Origin: an uncultured Oscillatoriaceae bacterium
GTDB lineage: Bacteria; Cyanobacteriota; Cyanobacteriia; Cyanobacteriales; Laspinemataceae
Direction of reading: 5' to 3'
Assembly: GCA_965650385.1 (NCBI GenBank)
Contig: CBFGOM010000008.1
Location: 12,849-44,848, forward strand
Length of the DNA: 32,000 nucleotides
Translations under genes and position numbers: made by a program
Part shown: positions 1-10,138 of the stretch, in pieces
Position numbering within the stretch: position 1 is the first letter of the stretch
Layout: each line of letters opens with the position of its first letter
The notes under the pieces: model-generated
What the model saw: only the letters and a program-made list of their open reading frames with translations
The model's database searches: none
What the model was told of the DNA's origin: nothing

Positions 1-1
1 G

Positions 2-706
2 GCCGGGACCAGTGGGCGTCTCGGAGTCCTGGATGCAGCGGAATGTCCCCCCACCTTCTGCACCCCCCCGGAAATGGTGCAGGGGATCATTGCCGGAGGC
101 GCCGGGGCTTTAATCCGCAGTTCGGAGGACCTGGAAGACCGCGCGGAAGATGGAGAAGATGCCGTGGTCCGCCGCCACCTCACCGACTTAGATGTGATCG
201 TCGGCATTACTGCCGGGGGCACCACTCCCTTTGTGCAAGGGGCTTTACAAGCCGCCCGACGTCGGGGGACCAGCACAGTTTTTATCGCCTGTGTTCCCGC
301 AGAACAGGTGGAAGTGCCGGTGGATATCGATATTCGCTTGCTCGTCGGACCGGAAATTTTAGCCGGTTCCACCCGCCTAAAAGCAGGCACCGTGACCAAA
401 ATGGCCTTAAATATCCTCTCAACCGGGGTGATGGTCAAGCTTGGAAAGGTCTATGGTAACCGGATGGTAGATGTTTCAGTTACCAATAAAAAGCTGCAAG
501 ACCGCGCCTTGAGAATTCTGGAAGATTTGACCGGGTTGAGCCGCCAAGAGGCCGGGTTTCTGTTAGAAAAGAGTGGGCGATCGGTCAAACTCGCTTTAAT
601 CATGCATTGGACTCATCTGAGCAAAGCGGAGGCGCAACAATTGCTAGAAACTCATAACGGACAACTGCGACTCGCCGTAGAGAGTCTAAAAAATCCAGCA
701 TCGTAA
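2..706 (+). CDS. murQ: N-acetylmuramic acid 6-phosphate etherase (5' truncated by the window edge)
   Basis: In-frame translation from base 2 reads AGTSGRLGVLDAAECPPTFCTPPE and runs into the 74..706 ORF (...VGITAGGTTPFVQGAL...NKKLQDRALRIL...). Typical MurQ/SIS-domain motifs. Confidence 0.96.
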   Translation, partial: AGTSGRLGVLDAAECPPTFCTPPEMVQGIIAGGAGALIRSSEDLEDRAEDGEDAVVRRHLTDLDVIVGITAGGTTPFVQGALQAARRRGTSTVFIACVPAEQVEVPVDIDIRLLVGPEILAGSTRLKAGTVTKMALNILSTGVMVKLGKVYGNRMVDVSVTNKKLQDRALRILEDLTGLSRQEAGFLLEKSGRSVKLALIMHWTHLSKAEAQQLLETHNGQLRLAVESLKNPAS

Positions 707-778
707 ACCCTTAAAATTTTTCATCTTCACCCCCATCCCAACTGCTCACCTTGAACCTGAATTATTCATTGAGAACTC

Positions 779-1873
779 ATGACAGATAGCTCACCTGAAA
801 TGTCCGCGCCTAATCCAGAAACAGCTTTATCTCCCCGAGAAACTGAAGACTTAATCCGATTACTGCGACGTAAAGAAGGCAACTGGGTCGGCTGGGGAAT
901 GGCCTGTCAACGCTTACAAAAAGCCGGATTGAATTCTCAACAAATTTTTGAAGACACCGGCTTTGAACAGATTCAACAAAATCAAATTGTAGTGGGTTAT
1001 CAAGTTTATAATTCCATCCTTGCGGCTGGAATATCTGAACAAACCCAGGCGCATTTTGACCGCAAAGGTAGCGATATTCTGTATGAATTGCGCATCCTCA
1101 GTCAAGAAGAACGGGCTAAAGCTGCCGAGTTTATTGTGAGTAAAAACCTCGATGTTGATGAGACTCACGAACTTGTCAAGGCGATGAAAGATTTATCCCG
1201 ACTCTCTAAAATTCCGGAAGCTTTTTCCACCCATCCCGGGGATGCTGTCGCCTATCAATGCTGGAAACTAGCCCGTCAAAAATCAGATTTACAAGAGCGA
1301 TCGCGCTTAATTGCCCGAGGTTTATCCTTCGCCCATAGTAGCACCGCCCGTAAACAAGTTGAACAACTGCTCACGGATTTTACAGTCACTCCCACACGCG
1401 CTGCACCGACCCTCTCCGTTTACCGCTTAGAATCCGCTGACGAGTTGCCAAATATCCTCCCCGTAGTTGGTAGAATGCCCCTCACGGTGGAAGATTTACA
1501 AGCAGTTCCCTTAATCGAACCGGAAGAACCTTTTGGCATCGTCAAATCCTCGGGAAATGCGGCCTGGGTTCCCGTCCCCAGTTGGCAAGTTCTCCTACGC
1601 GCTGAAGACCCGGTTACCATTCTTTGGCACAGCGATGATTTACCCATTAACCTACCCGGAAAAGCGGAAGAAGTCCTGGTTTTAGTCGATCGCGCTGCCC
1701 GCCAATGGGACGCCAATGGATACTTTTTATGGGAAGAAAATGGCAAACTCAAAATGCAGTGGTTTGAACAAGAACCGGAGATTAAAATTCTGGGTCAAGT
1801 CTTGTTAGTTCTGCGCCCTAAAAAGTTCTTAGATGAAGATTTCACTAAGGAAATGTGGCAAATGGATGAATAA
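779..1873 (+). CDS. raf1: RuBisCO accumulation factor 1 (Raf1)
   Basis: 364 aa ORF; N-terminal LIRLLRRKEGNWVGWGMACQRLQKAGLNSQQIFEDTGF and overall organisation match the cyanobacterial Raf1 family. Confidence 0.93.
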   Translation: MTDSSPEMSAPNPETALSPRETEDLIRLLRRKEGNWVGWGMACQRLQKAGLNSQQIFEDTGFEQIQQNQIVVGYQVYNSILAAGISEQTQAHFDRKGSDILYELRILSQEERAKAAEFIVSKNLDVDETHELVKAMKDLSRLSKIPEAFSTHPGDAVAYQCWKLARQKSDLQERSRLIARGLSFAHSSTARKQVEQLLTDFTVTPTRAAPTLSVYRLESADELPNILPVVGRMPLTVEDLQAVPLIEPEEPFGIVKSSGNAAWVPVPSWQVLLRAEDPVTILWHSDDLPINLPGKAEEVLVLVDRAARQWDANGYFLWEENGKLKMQWFEQEPEIKILGQVLLVLRPKKFLDEDFTKEMWQMDE

Positions 1874-1877
1874 AAAA

Positions 1878-1929
1878 CCGCACCCTCAAGGGTGGGGTAG
1901 TTGCGGACAAAGCCCGCCTGCGCGGGCTA
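1878..1929. repeat. Palindromic repeat element, copy 1 (intergenic, just after raf1)
   Basis: CCGCACCCTCAAGGGTG...AAAGCCCGCCTGCGCGGGCTA; contains the perfect hairpin AGCCCGC-CTGC-GCGGGCT (1911-1928) and resembles 2400..2450. Confidence 0.7.
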
Positions 1930-3753
1930 ATTTTCCGCTCTCCCACAGCGATAAAGTTGGTAAGGAATTCCTAAGCGATAATACTGACTCGGGTCGAGAT
2001 TACAGGGGCGATCGCCTAACCCTAATTGAGGGGGATAGTCTCGCTGACGCAAACCCGGAGCCATCATCCATAAATTAACAGCAGAAGGGGGTAATTCTGA
2101 TATTTTAGCCAGATTTTCCCAAACGGATTGATAACTCGGCGATCGGCTCATAAATGCCCAACTCGTCTCGGGTAAATTTCCCCCTCTAATTTTATCCAAC
2201 TCCAGGACAAAACTCAACCCCAAAGCGACCTCTTGCATATTTTCATATCCCACTATCACCACTAACGGAACACTCGGTTCTAAATTGAGTTGCTGTGCCA
2301 CCCCTGCCGGATTATAAGGCTTTTGAAAGACCCAATTTGACACGACAAAAACACTACTAATCATCCCCAGAATTAGAACACTGGGTATTAAAGATGAACC
2401 CGCACCCTTCAGGGTACGGCGAGAGGCCCAAAGCCTACCTGCGCAGGCTAGGATAGAAAGCGGAGTTTTTATAACCGGATTGGGTATTAAACCCTGAACC
2501 GATGGAGAGGGGTTTGTTTTTTCGCTCCCCCCAGCTTTTATGAGCAAACTTGCGCCTAATAATGCACAAATCCCCGGATAATAGATAAAGTGATAGCGAA
2601 CAGCGGAAGTAATATCTTTACCTAAACCATAAACAATGAAAAAATATTCTAATAGAACAACTGCCGTAAAAAAGAGTAAACTGAGACTTGATAACCGGGT
2701 CTTGTTGCTGGTTAAGAGGGCTTGAATTCGAGGAACAATGGCGCGCAAAAAGTACCCAAACCAAAGCAACATGAAAATAGCGGAAGGAATCACCATCCAC
2801 AGCGGTTGATTTTCTACTGGGAATGCCACAATCATGACCACCCAACCGGCTACGGTTTGAGAAAGGGGTGTTAGCGTATCCAACCAAGAGGGTTCAAAGG
2901 GTTTAAACCAATCCGTTTCGGGACGGCTAAAATGGTTGTACAGGGTGGGTAACCACGGTAAATATAACAATAAGGGCAGTAAACTATATCCCGCTAAACT
3001 GAGCCCGGTTAGGATACCATGAGCTGATTCAGGGGAGCTTTTTTCCGGTAATCCCAACTTTCCCGGGTACAGGGATTTTACCACAATAAAAGCAAAAATT
3101 GTTAATAATTCGGCAACTAGAACTAATAAGAAAAAATAGTGGATATAGAGTCCTAGGGTATTCAGTATTCCCAAACAGATTCCCACCCCCGGGTGAATTT
3201 TTCCCCGATGATGTAAATCTTTTTGAATTTGAATGAATCCCATTAGGGATAAAATAATTAACAGCATCGGTAGGGTATAATGGCGGGCTTCCTGGGAAAG
3301 ATAAACCGCAAAGGGAGAGACTGCCATCACTGCTGCACCCATGAACCCTGCTTTGCGAGAAAAAGCCATCCGATTTAACCCATACATCGCCGCGATCGCC
3401 CCCACACCAAACCATGCCGAGAGCGATCGCGCTTGCCATATCCAAGACCTCCAATCGCCCCTCAACCATCCATGAGTTAAGCAAAAAAACAGCGGGGGAT
3501 GAGTCGATTCCCTTGCCACTGTTTCTGCAATTTGTCCACAACTAGCACTTGAATTTAAACGGAAAATATCAACAAATTGTGCTAAAGGAAAAACTGCATC
3601 TAACGGAATCTTCTCATAACTTTGTCCCAAACTAAATAACCCGGTCAAAATTTCATCTAACCAGACGGGTTTGGCCTCTAATTGGGTAAATCGCAGAACC
3701 GTACCCAGAATTAAGATAGCCGCCAAACTTAAATAATGTCGATACCTGTGCAT
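1927..3753 (-). CDS. Multi-pass membrane glycosyltransferase, GT39/PMT/ArnT-like
   Basis: 608 aa; N-terminal ILGTVLRFTQLEAKPVWLDEILTG followed by many hydrophobic segments, typical of GT39-like proteins (acidic residue pair after the first TM helix). Confidence 0.8.
   Translation of the reverse strand: MHRYRHYLSLAAILILGTVLRFTQLEAKPVWLDEILTGLFSLGQSYEKIPLDAVFPLAQFVDIFRLNSSASCGQIAETVARESTHPPLFFCLTHGWLRGDWRSWIWQARSLSAWFGVGAIAAMYGLNRMAFSRKAGFMGAAVMAVSPFAVYLSQEARHYTLPMLLIILSLMGFIQIQKDLHHRGKIHPGVGICLGILNTLGLYIHYFFLLVLVAELLTIFAFIVVKSLYPGKLGLPEKSSPESAHGILTGLSLAGYSLLPLLLYLPWLPTLYNHFSRPETDWFKPFEPSWLDTLTPLSQTVAGWVVMIVAFPVENQPLWMVIPSAIFMLLWFGYFLRAIVPRIQALLTSNKTRLSSLSLLFFTAVVLLEYFFIVYGLGKDITSAVRYHFIYYPGICALLGASLLIKAGGSEKTNPSPSVQGLIPNPVIKTPLSILACAGRLWASRRTLKGAGSSLIPSVLILGMISSVFVVSNWVFQKPYNPAGVAQQLNLEPSVPLVVIVGYENMQEVALGLSFVLELDKIRGGNLPETSWAFMSRSPSYQSVWENLAKISELPPSAVNLWMMAPGLRQRDYPPQLGLGDRPCNLDPSQYYRLGIPYQLYRCGRAEN
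2400..2450. repeat. Palindromic repeat element, copy 2 (inside the GT39-like CDS)
   Basis: CCGCACCCTTCAGGGTACGG...AAAGCCTACCTGCGCAGGCTA; close relative of copy 1. On the minus strand it encodes ILACAGRLWASRRTLKGAG. Confidence 0.65.
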
Positions 3754-3801
3754 GGGTCAGCCCATTAGTAAATTTATCCAGTTCTTACCTTTATTTTATT
3801 C

Positions 3802-5157
3802 CTAATTGTCGATTAATTTAGGTTTTTCGATAAACTCGGCGATTTCTGTTACCAACCAATCTTGCTCCATCTTACTAAGATTAGAACCAAAACAGTAAGT
3901 CTTCACGCCGCCCACTTGTAAGGCACAGGTGAAAACCGGGGGGTCATTTTTATATACATTGGTTTGATATACTTCTACCCTAGAAACATCAAAAATATTT
4001 CCCTTAATTGTTTTTTTTAGCCCCAAAAACAACCAGGATATTTCAAATGTATCGCCACAAAAAACTAGATTAAGCGACATAGAAATATCACAAAATGCTT
4101 TGGTCATGGATATTAGACATACCCCCCAAAAAGGGGCCAGAAATAAGAGGCTGAACAAGTTTCCACTCACAAAAATTGCAACAGTTGAAGGTCCTAATGC
4201 CTGTAACCAAAGAACTGTAAATAGGAAGATAACAATATGATGGAGTTGTACCTTGCCGGGGAGAACTTTTACCTTGAGTTGCCTGGGAGTTTTTTCCAGA
4301 ACAATTCGACTGCCTACAGGTTTCAGATTACCGGGCGATCGCGTCGCAATTCGTTCCCGTTTTCCTTGCAATTCTCCTAAAGCTTCCGTGGCAGAGTTCA
4401 AGCGGTCTTCAATCACAGGTTCTAATAAATTATCTAACCAATCGGCAAACTCTGGAGTGATTTTGACATAAGGACGAAAATCAATTTTCATCCGTTTTTC
4501 TGGAAAATCTGCCGGGTCTTTATGGGTTAATAAAAACAACAAGGTTGCACCCAATCCATATAAATCCGTTGCCGGTTTTGCCTGTCCTCGAAACTGTTCC
4601 GGGGCCATATAGCCGTAAGTCCCAACGATGGTACTGCCACTGGTGAAGGTATGACGGTAAGTGTCTTGCACTGCGCCAAAATCGACTAAAAACACCTTAC
4701 CATCGGACTGACGAATAATATTTTGTGGTTTAATATCGCGATGGACAACGGGAGGGGTGAGCTGATGCAAATACACCAGAATATCTAAAAGTTGTTTGGC
4801 AATCTCTCTGACTTCCAATTCAGTCGGACGCCATCCGCTTTTTACCCAGTCTTGCAACGATTGACCTGCGGCAATTTCTTGGACAATGTAAAAGCGCCGA
4901 TCGCCCTCTATATCCAGTTGAAAATAGTCCCGATACTTAGGAATTCCTGGATGAGCTAGTTGCGCTAAAACCTTGCCTTCCCGTTCAAAAAGTTCTAAGG
5001 CTTTCCAATCTGTCAACTGCCGCAGAGATAAGACTTTAATGGCGACTTGTTGTGCAAGAGTTAAGTCTTGGGCGGCATAAGTTGTGGCAATTCCGCCTTC
5101 TCCCAAGAGGTTAAGAATCTGATAGTGGTTCTTGATGATGTCCCCAGGTTGGTGCAT
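3802..5157 (-). CDS. Serine/threonine protein kinase with C-terminal membrane segments
   Basis: Glycine-rich loop LLGEGGIATTY, VAIKVL, catalytic HRDIKPQN, DFG (VDFGAVQD), GTYGYMAPEQF; hydrophobic segments after the kinase domain. Confidence 0.95.
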   Translation of the reverse strand: MHQPGDIIKNHYQILNLLGEGGIATTYAAQDLTLAQQVAIKVLSLRQLTDWKALELFEREGKVLAQLAHPGIPKYRDYFQLDIEGDRRFYIVQEIAAGQSLQDWVKSGWRPTELEVREIAKQLLDILVYLHQLTPPVVHRDIKPQNIIRQSDGKVFLVDFGAVQDTYRHTFTSGSTIVGTYGYMAPEQFRGQAKPATDLYGLGATLLFLLTHKDPADFPEKRMKIDFRPYVKITPEFADWLDNLLEPVIEDRLNSATEALGELQGKRERIATRSPGNLKPVGSRIVLEKTPRQLKVKVLPGKVQLHHIVIFLFTVLWLQALGPSTVAIFVSGNLFSLLFLAPFWGVCLISMTKAFCDISMSLNLVFCGDTFEISWLFLGLKKTIKGNIFDVSRVEVYQTNVYKNDPPVFTCALQVGGVKTYCFGSNLSKMEQDWLVTEIAEFIEKPKLIDN

Positions 5158-5295
5158 GAGTTTTCACCTCTCTTGCTGATGGGCTATTTTCTAAAGCCAG
5201 AGCGAATCGAGTTGAGTCCTCTTCTGCACAGGGATTAGGATATAGAGGCGGCTAATGCAGCAATATCGCTCACTTTTCGCCTCTTGACCTCTTGC

Positions 5296-6267
5296 CTACT
5301 GATTGGTATTCGATGCGTCTGGTTTAGATAGCTTTATTCTGTTATACCCTAAAAAGGCGACTCCGGCAAATAATAAGATAAAGGGACTAAAGGCCAGCAA
5401 ATAAAGGGTGATTTTGAGCAGCCCAACGGTCAGATCCCCGACGGCTTCTGTGGCATTTCCCCAGGTTTTTTGAAGGTCTTTCCCTAAAGATTTTTGGGGA
5501 AGTTCTGCGGCGGAAACTGGAGATTCTAGGGTTAAATACAGGGTAGAATAGGCGACTTTGTTGCGCAAATTGGCCTGGACTGCATCCAGGCGTTCAATTT
5601 GTTCACGAATGGTGCCCAGTTCTCGCGCTGCATTGAGGACATCTCCCACGGAACCGGACCGTTCCATGATTTTTAAGACCATTTCTTCTTGTTTACGAAG
5701 ATTTTTTAACCGCGCATCATTATCAATCAGTTGGGCAGAAACATCTTCGGCAGTAATCGAACGATTAATGACGGTGCCAAGTTCAGCGATCGCATTAATG
5801 GTATTTTCTAACTGTTGTTGAGGAACGCGCAACTGCATCGAAACCACATGGCGGGTATTTTGCGATCGCGGTTTATTGTCTTCAAACTGTAACAAATCCC
5901 CTTGTTTTTGTTTGACAATCTGATTAATGGCTGAAATTTGGTCATCGATCGCCTCTACTTCCATCGTCATTGAAGCAGTTTTAATCAATTGCGGTGCCGC
6001 CTGGGGAATCTCTGCGGACCCTTGTACAACTTCCGCCACCATTCCCTGACCAAGTGGGGCTTCATTGGCAACTGCATCCGATGGCGGCAAGGGTGCTGCT
6101 GCGGGGACCATGCCTTGCTGGGCGACAAGGGACTCGTTCCTCATCGCTTTTGAAGTGGAAACTGCACTACAACTGGCGATCGCACCCATCAAAATCAACA
6201 TCGGCAGTAAAATCGGGGTTTGAGCGAATTTGCCAGGGGTCCGGGACGTGATTGAGTTCGGTTTCAT
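5296..6267 (-). CDS. DUF4349-type membrane-anchored lipoprotein
   Basis: Lipobox-like LMGAIASC, coiled-coil middle, C-terminal TM segment (ITLYLLAFSPFILLFAGVAFLGY). The ORF track begins at 6297; the ATG at 6267 (MKPNSITSR...) looks the better start. Confidence 0.82.
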   Translation of the reverse strand: MKPNSITSRTPGKFAQTPILLPMLILMGAIASCSAVSTSKAMRNESLVAQQGMVPAAAPLPPSDAVANEAPLGQGMVAEVVQGSAEIPQAAPQLIKTASMTMEVEAIDDQISAINQIVKQKQGDLLQFEDNKPRSQNTRHVVSMQLRVPQQQLENTINAIAELGTVINRSITAEDVSAQLIDNDARLKNLRKQEEMVLKIMERSGSVGDVLNAARELGTIREQIERLDAVQANLRNKVAYSTLYLTLESPVSAAELPQKSLGKDLQKTWGNATEAVGDLTVGLLKITLYLLAFSPFILLFAGVAFLGYNRIKLSKPDASNTNQ

Positions 6268-6451
6268 CAGAGTTCTCCTGGGATAGCGAGGGGTCAAATT
6301 AAGGTCCGTTGCCGGTTAGTCCTAAGCTAACCTTACGAGTCGGGAAGTGGAGAATCTGCTACAAAAATTGAAACAGAGGCGATCGCCCATCGGACACGAT
6401 ACACTCAGAATGACCGCCTGTTATCATCCTTGTCCCCGGTTTAACCTCACG

Positions 6452-8884
6452 ATGTCGAAAGATTTTGAGAACAACTTGCCTGTATCCGTTGCCAACCCTT
6501 TGACCCCCTTCGCTCAAAAACGTCAGGAGGCAGAACAACGCATCCGCAATGGATTACGACCGGGACAACAGCAAATGGCCGATTGGCGAGGCGGTCCTTT
6601 GGCGGTTTCTGCGGTCCCGGGGGCCGGAAAATCTAAGGGAATGGCGGATGCAGCAGCATTGGCGATCGCGCGTTTTAAGTTGCATTATCAGCACAATTTG
6701 GTGGTAGTGACCTTTACTCGTTCTGCTGCGGCAAATTTGAAATTAAAAATTCGCGCCGCCTTGAGACAACTGGCGATGCCACAAATTGGATTTACCGTTA
6801 ATACGTTACATGGATTAGCACTGGCGATCGCCTCTCGTCATCCAGAATTATCCGGTTTGGACTTGGAACACATGACCTTGGTTACCCCGAACCAAAGTAA
6901 TCGCTTAATTATCCAAAGTGTAGAACGCTGGATTGCAGCCAATCCCCAGCGGTATCACATTTTAATAGAAGGGTGTCAATTTGATGGCGAGGAAACGGAA
7001 CGCTTGCGCCGTCAGTCTGTATTACGAACTGATGTGCTGCCCCAACTCGCACAAACTGCCATTCATGAAGCCAAATCTTCTGGGTTATTACCCCAAGATT
7101 TATGGAAAATGTCGGCGGAATCGGAGGGACAAGTTCCTGATGATCCCTATGGGATTTTGGCGATCGCCGCTGGATTATATGAACAGTATGAAACCTTGAT
7201 GCGATCGCGGCAGTTTATCGATTACGATGACATGATTCTTTCCGCCTTGCGCGTCCTGGAAAATCAGAGTGCTCGTTATTTGTGGCAAAAACAAGTCTTT
7301 GCCGTATTTGAAGACGAAGCGCAAGATTCTTCCCCCTTACAAACCCAATTGTTAGAGATTTTGGCCCGAAAGTGCGACGACCCCGATGGTCCTCCCAATT
7401 TAATTCGCGTCGGTGACCCCAATCAAGCTATTAATTCTACCTTTACCCCAGCAGACCCGATCTATTTTCGCCGATTTTGTGAAGCTTGCGATCGCGAGAA
7501 TCTCCTGGCAACAATGGATCGCGCCGGACGCAGTACGCGAATTATCATCAATGCGGCCAATTTTGTCTTAAGTTGGGTCAATCGTCATTATGCCCAGCAG
7601 CATCACCTCACCCCGGAAATAGCATCTAGTCAACATCAGGCTAAATTGCCCTTTCGCCTGCAAAATATTCGGACCGTCGAAAGCGGCGACCCTCAACCGG
7701 ATGCCAATCCGCCTCACACCGGAGGAGGATTGGAGATGTATCAACCTCGGGATATTTATCACACGATAGAACTGATTGCGCGGAGGGCGGTGCAGTTATT
7801 TAGTGAGACCAACGAGGAGCGATCGGCAGCCATTTTAGTGAGAGAAAACCGCCAAGGGCGATTTATCCAAGAAGTGATGAGTAATCCCCATTTATATGGG
7901 ATTCAATGTGAGTTAAATAAATATGGCATTGAAGTCTTCGATGTATCCGCCAGCGATCGCCGGTCTCAAGTCCCCGCAGAAATGCTGGCCTTATTGCAAT
8001 TCCTCGATCGCCCCCATTCCCCAGACTATTTAAAAACCGTTTTGCGCGTCTTAGTCGATCGCAACCTCATCCCCTCCCAAGACTTAAACGCCCTCACAAG
8101 CTTACCGGAACAATTTCTCTATCCTGGTCCCTTAGAACCGCCTCAACCCCCCGCCGTACTCCAAGCCAGACGCTTCTGTGCCAGCTTGCTCACAGCGCGG
8201 ATCGAACTCCCCTTGTATCAACTGATTTCCTTCCTCGCCTTAGCCCTACATTACGACGCCTCCGAACTCGCCACCGCCGACAAATTAGGCGATCGCTTGG
8301 CCCAACAAACCGCCGGAAATCCTTCCATGAGCGGCATTCTCACCGTTCTCAACGAAATCGTTACCTCAGAACGCTTTGAACCCGTCGATACAGAAGATAA
8401 CGCCGAGAAACTTTATACTCGCCCGCGCCAACTCACCATCGTCACCATGCACAAAGCCAAAGGACTGGACTGGGATTATGTCTTCATCCCCTTCCTGCAT
8501 GACAACATGATTCCTGGCAAATTCTGGGTTCCCCCACCGGCACAATTCCTCGGACCCTACACCTTATCCGAAGTCGCCCGCGCCCAAATTCGCGCCCATC
8601 TCCACCACCAAAGCGCACCCCAATCCTGGGACAGCGCACCCTTCCAGTTCCCCTCCAGCGCCGACTCCTGGAAACAAGCCGAAGACCTCAAAATAGCCGA
8701 AGAGTACCGCTTACTTTATGTTGCCATGACTCGCGCCAAACGATTATTGTGGATTTCTGCCGCCAAACAAGCCCCCTTTACCTGGAGTAAACCCGCCAAT
8801 TTACAAGACATCCCCCCCTGTCCCGTCTTACCCGCCTTAATGGAAGCCTACCCCGATGAAGTTGTGGAGTTATCCGATATATAG
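6452..8884 (+). CDS. UvrD/Rep-family superfamily I ATP-dependent DNA helicase
   Basis: Walker A AVPGAGKSKGM, Walker B FEDEAQDSS, VTFTRSAAANLK, RVGDPNQAIN, VTMHKAKGLDWDYVFIPF, YVAMTRAKRLL. The track starts at a GTG at 6347; the ATG at 6452 is more plausible. Confidence 0.93.
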   Translation: MSKDFENNLPVSVANPLTPFAQKRQEAEQRIRNGLRPGQQQMADWRGGPLAVSAVPGAGKSKGMADAAALAIARFKLHYQHNLVVVTFTRSAAANLKLKIRAALRQLAMPQIGFTVNTLHGLALAIASRHPELSGLDLEHMTLVTPNQSNRLIIQSVERWIAANPQRYHILIEGCQFDGEETERLRRQSVLRTDVLPQLAQTAIHEAKSSGLLPQDLWKMSAESEGQVPDDPYGILAIAAGLYEQYETLMRSRQFIDYDDMILSALRVLENQSARYLWQKQVFAVFEDEAQDSSPLQTQLLEILARKCDDPDGPPNLIRVGDPNQAINSTFTPADPIYFRRFCEACDRENLLATMDRAGRSTRIIINAANFVLSWVNRHYAQQHHLTPEIASSQHQAKLPFRLQNIRTVESGDPQPDANPPHTGGGLEMYQPRDIYHTIELIARRAVQLFSETNEERSAAILVRENRQGRFIQEVMSNPHLYGIQCELNKYGIEVFDVSASDRRSQVPAEMLALLQFLDRPHSPDYLKTVLRVLVDRNLIPSQDLNALTSLPEQFLYPGPLEPPQPPAVLQARRFCASLLTARIELPLYQLISFLALALHYDASELATADKLGDRLAQQTAGNPSMSGILTVLNEIVTSERFEPVDTEDNAEKLYTRPRQLTIVTMHKAKGLDWDYVFIPFLHDNMIPGKFWVPPPAQFLGPYTLSEVARAQIRAHLHHQSAPQSWDSAPFQFPSSADSWKQAEDLKIAEEYRLLYVAMTRAKRLLWISAAKQAPFTWSKPANLQDIPPCPVLPALMEAYPDEVVELSDI

Positions 8885-9017
8885 GGTGTCTTGCCGCACT
8901 AATTGGAGGGTTTTTCTTATCCATTTGTATCTGAGTTTAATCAGATCAAGACAAGGGGTTAGATCAGCAAAACTTTACTTTCTTAAAGCTACAATCTAGC
9001 TGGGAATTGATTTAGTC

Positions 9018-10052
9018 TTAAACCAGCTCAGGAAATAAAGCCGAACTGCGAATATCATATTCTTGCTCTAGTCGATTTTTTGCAAGTTTATAATAATCGG
9101 AATTAATTTCAGCGCTGTAACAGCGACGCCCTTGACGTATCGAAGCGATCGCTGTTGAACACAAGCCACCAAAAGGCTCCCAGACTACATCATTAGAATC
9201 ACTAGAAGCTAAAATAATTCTCTCAATTAAACGTAGCGGCTTTTGATTAGCATGAATGCATCTAGCTTGTTTATCCTTAAGCCGTTCTGCCCCGCGAACT
9301 GCAGGTTCCGACCAAACATTGGTTACCCCATGAAGATGATTCCATTTGGCCCGCATTCGTGACCATTGGTCTGCAGTAACTGGGGACTTTCCATCAAGGG
9401 AAAAATAGGGCCAGTTGGTCGGTTTACCATACTGATTGGCATAAGTAACTAGACAAGCCATCATTTCTGGAGGCGGAAAATACCACAACCGATCTTGAGT
9501 AAAATATTTACGAGTAGCAGCATTTTTCACGCCGCAAGCCTCGTTTGTTTTATTCAGAGGCAGGCCGGATCTGAGCCACTCAGACCGTAACCACTCCTGC
9601 ATCGGTAAGCGATCGCCATTTACAGTGGGTAATTCCACATTACGAACATAATGGACACAAACTTCAGTAACAATTGGAAACCGTCTAATTGTCTTGCTAT
9701 TAACATTTCCGGCAATATGAGCAACCCCTTTATCCCAAATATTGACTGAGCGATATTGCCAGCCATTTTTTGCTAATAAAGGGTGTACGGTGGCCCAACC
9801 TATTTCACTGCACCAAAACCATAAAGTTGTTTCGGGTAAACAATAGTCAGACCAGGCTTTTATGTGGCGATCGTACCAGTCTGCCAAGTCGGTTGGGGTT
9901 GGTGGATCACCGGGGAAAAGCCCCAACCCATAAGCCCCATCCGACACAATCACGGTAGGGGCTTGCCAAAATGGATACCGGGTTGCCACATCAGCATTCT
10001 CGATCTGGACGCCACCGATGGCAGTGGTTGGGATGTAATTCAAATCTTGCAT
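9018..10052 (-). CDS. Site-specific DNA methyltransferase, beta-class (N4-cytosine/N6-adenine), modification enzyme of a candidate Type II R-M system
   Basis: Motif IV-like SDGAYGL near the N-terminus and SAM-binding-like VWEPFGGLCSTAIASIRQGRRCYSAEIN near the C-terminus (IV before I order); divergent from an HTH regulator and a nuclease-like gene. Confidence 0.82.
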   Translation of the reverse strand: MQDLNYIPTTAIGGVQIENADVATRYPFWQAPTVIVSDGAYGLGLFPGDPPTPTDLADWYDRHIKAWSDYCLPETTLWFWCSEIGWATVHPLLAKNGWQYRSVNIWDKGVAHIAGNVNSKTIRRFPIVTEVCVHYVRNVELPTVNGDRLPMQEWLRSEWLRSGLPLNKTNEACGVKNAATRKYFTQDRLWYFPPPEMMACLVTYANQYGKPTNWPYFSLDGKSPVTADQWSRMRAKWNHLHGVTNVWSEPAVRGAERLKDKQARCIHANQKPLRLIERIILASSDSNDVVWEPFGGLCSTAIASIRQGRRCYSAEINSDYYKLAKNRLEQEYDIRSSALFPELV

Positions 10053-10138
10053 TTTTTTATTTAGTATCGCTGGTTAGTCTCTAATTTAAAGGTTTTCTTG
10101 TTGATTAATTTTATTTGTGCATGAATTAAGTGGCAAGA

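Noticed and set aside
43-459. 138-aa ORF in the first 460 bases
   Set aside because: Low-complexity, Pro/Arg/Gly-rich product in an alternate frame of murQ, whose own frame matches MurQ from base 2.
914-1752. Antisense ORFs 914..1168 and 1420..1752
   Set aside because: Both lie entirely opposite the well-supported raf1 gene with no recognisable protein signature.
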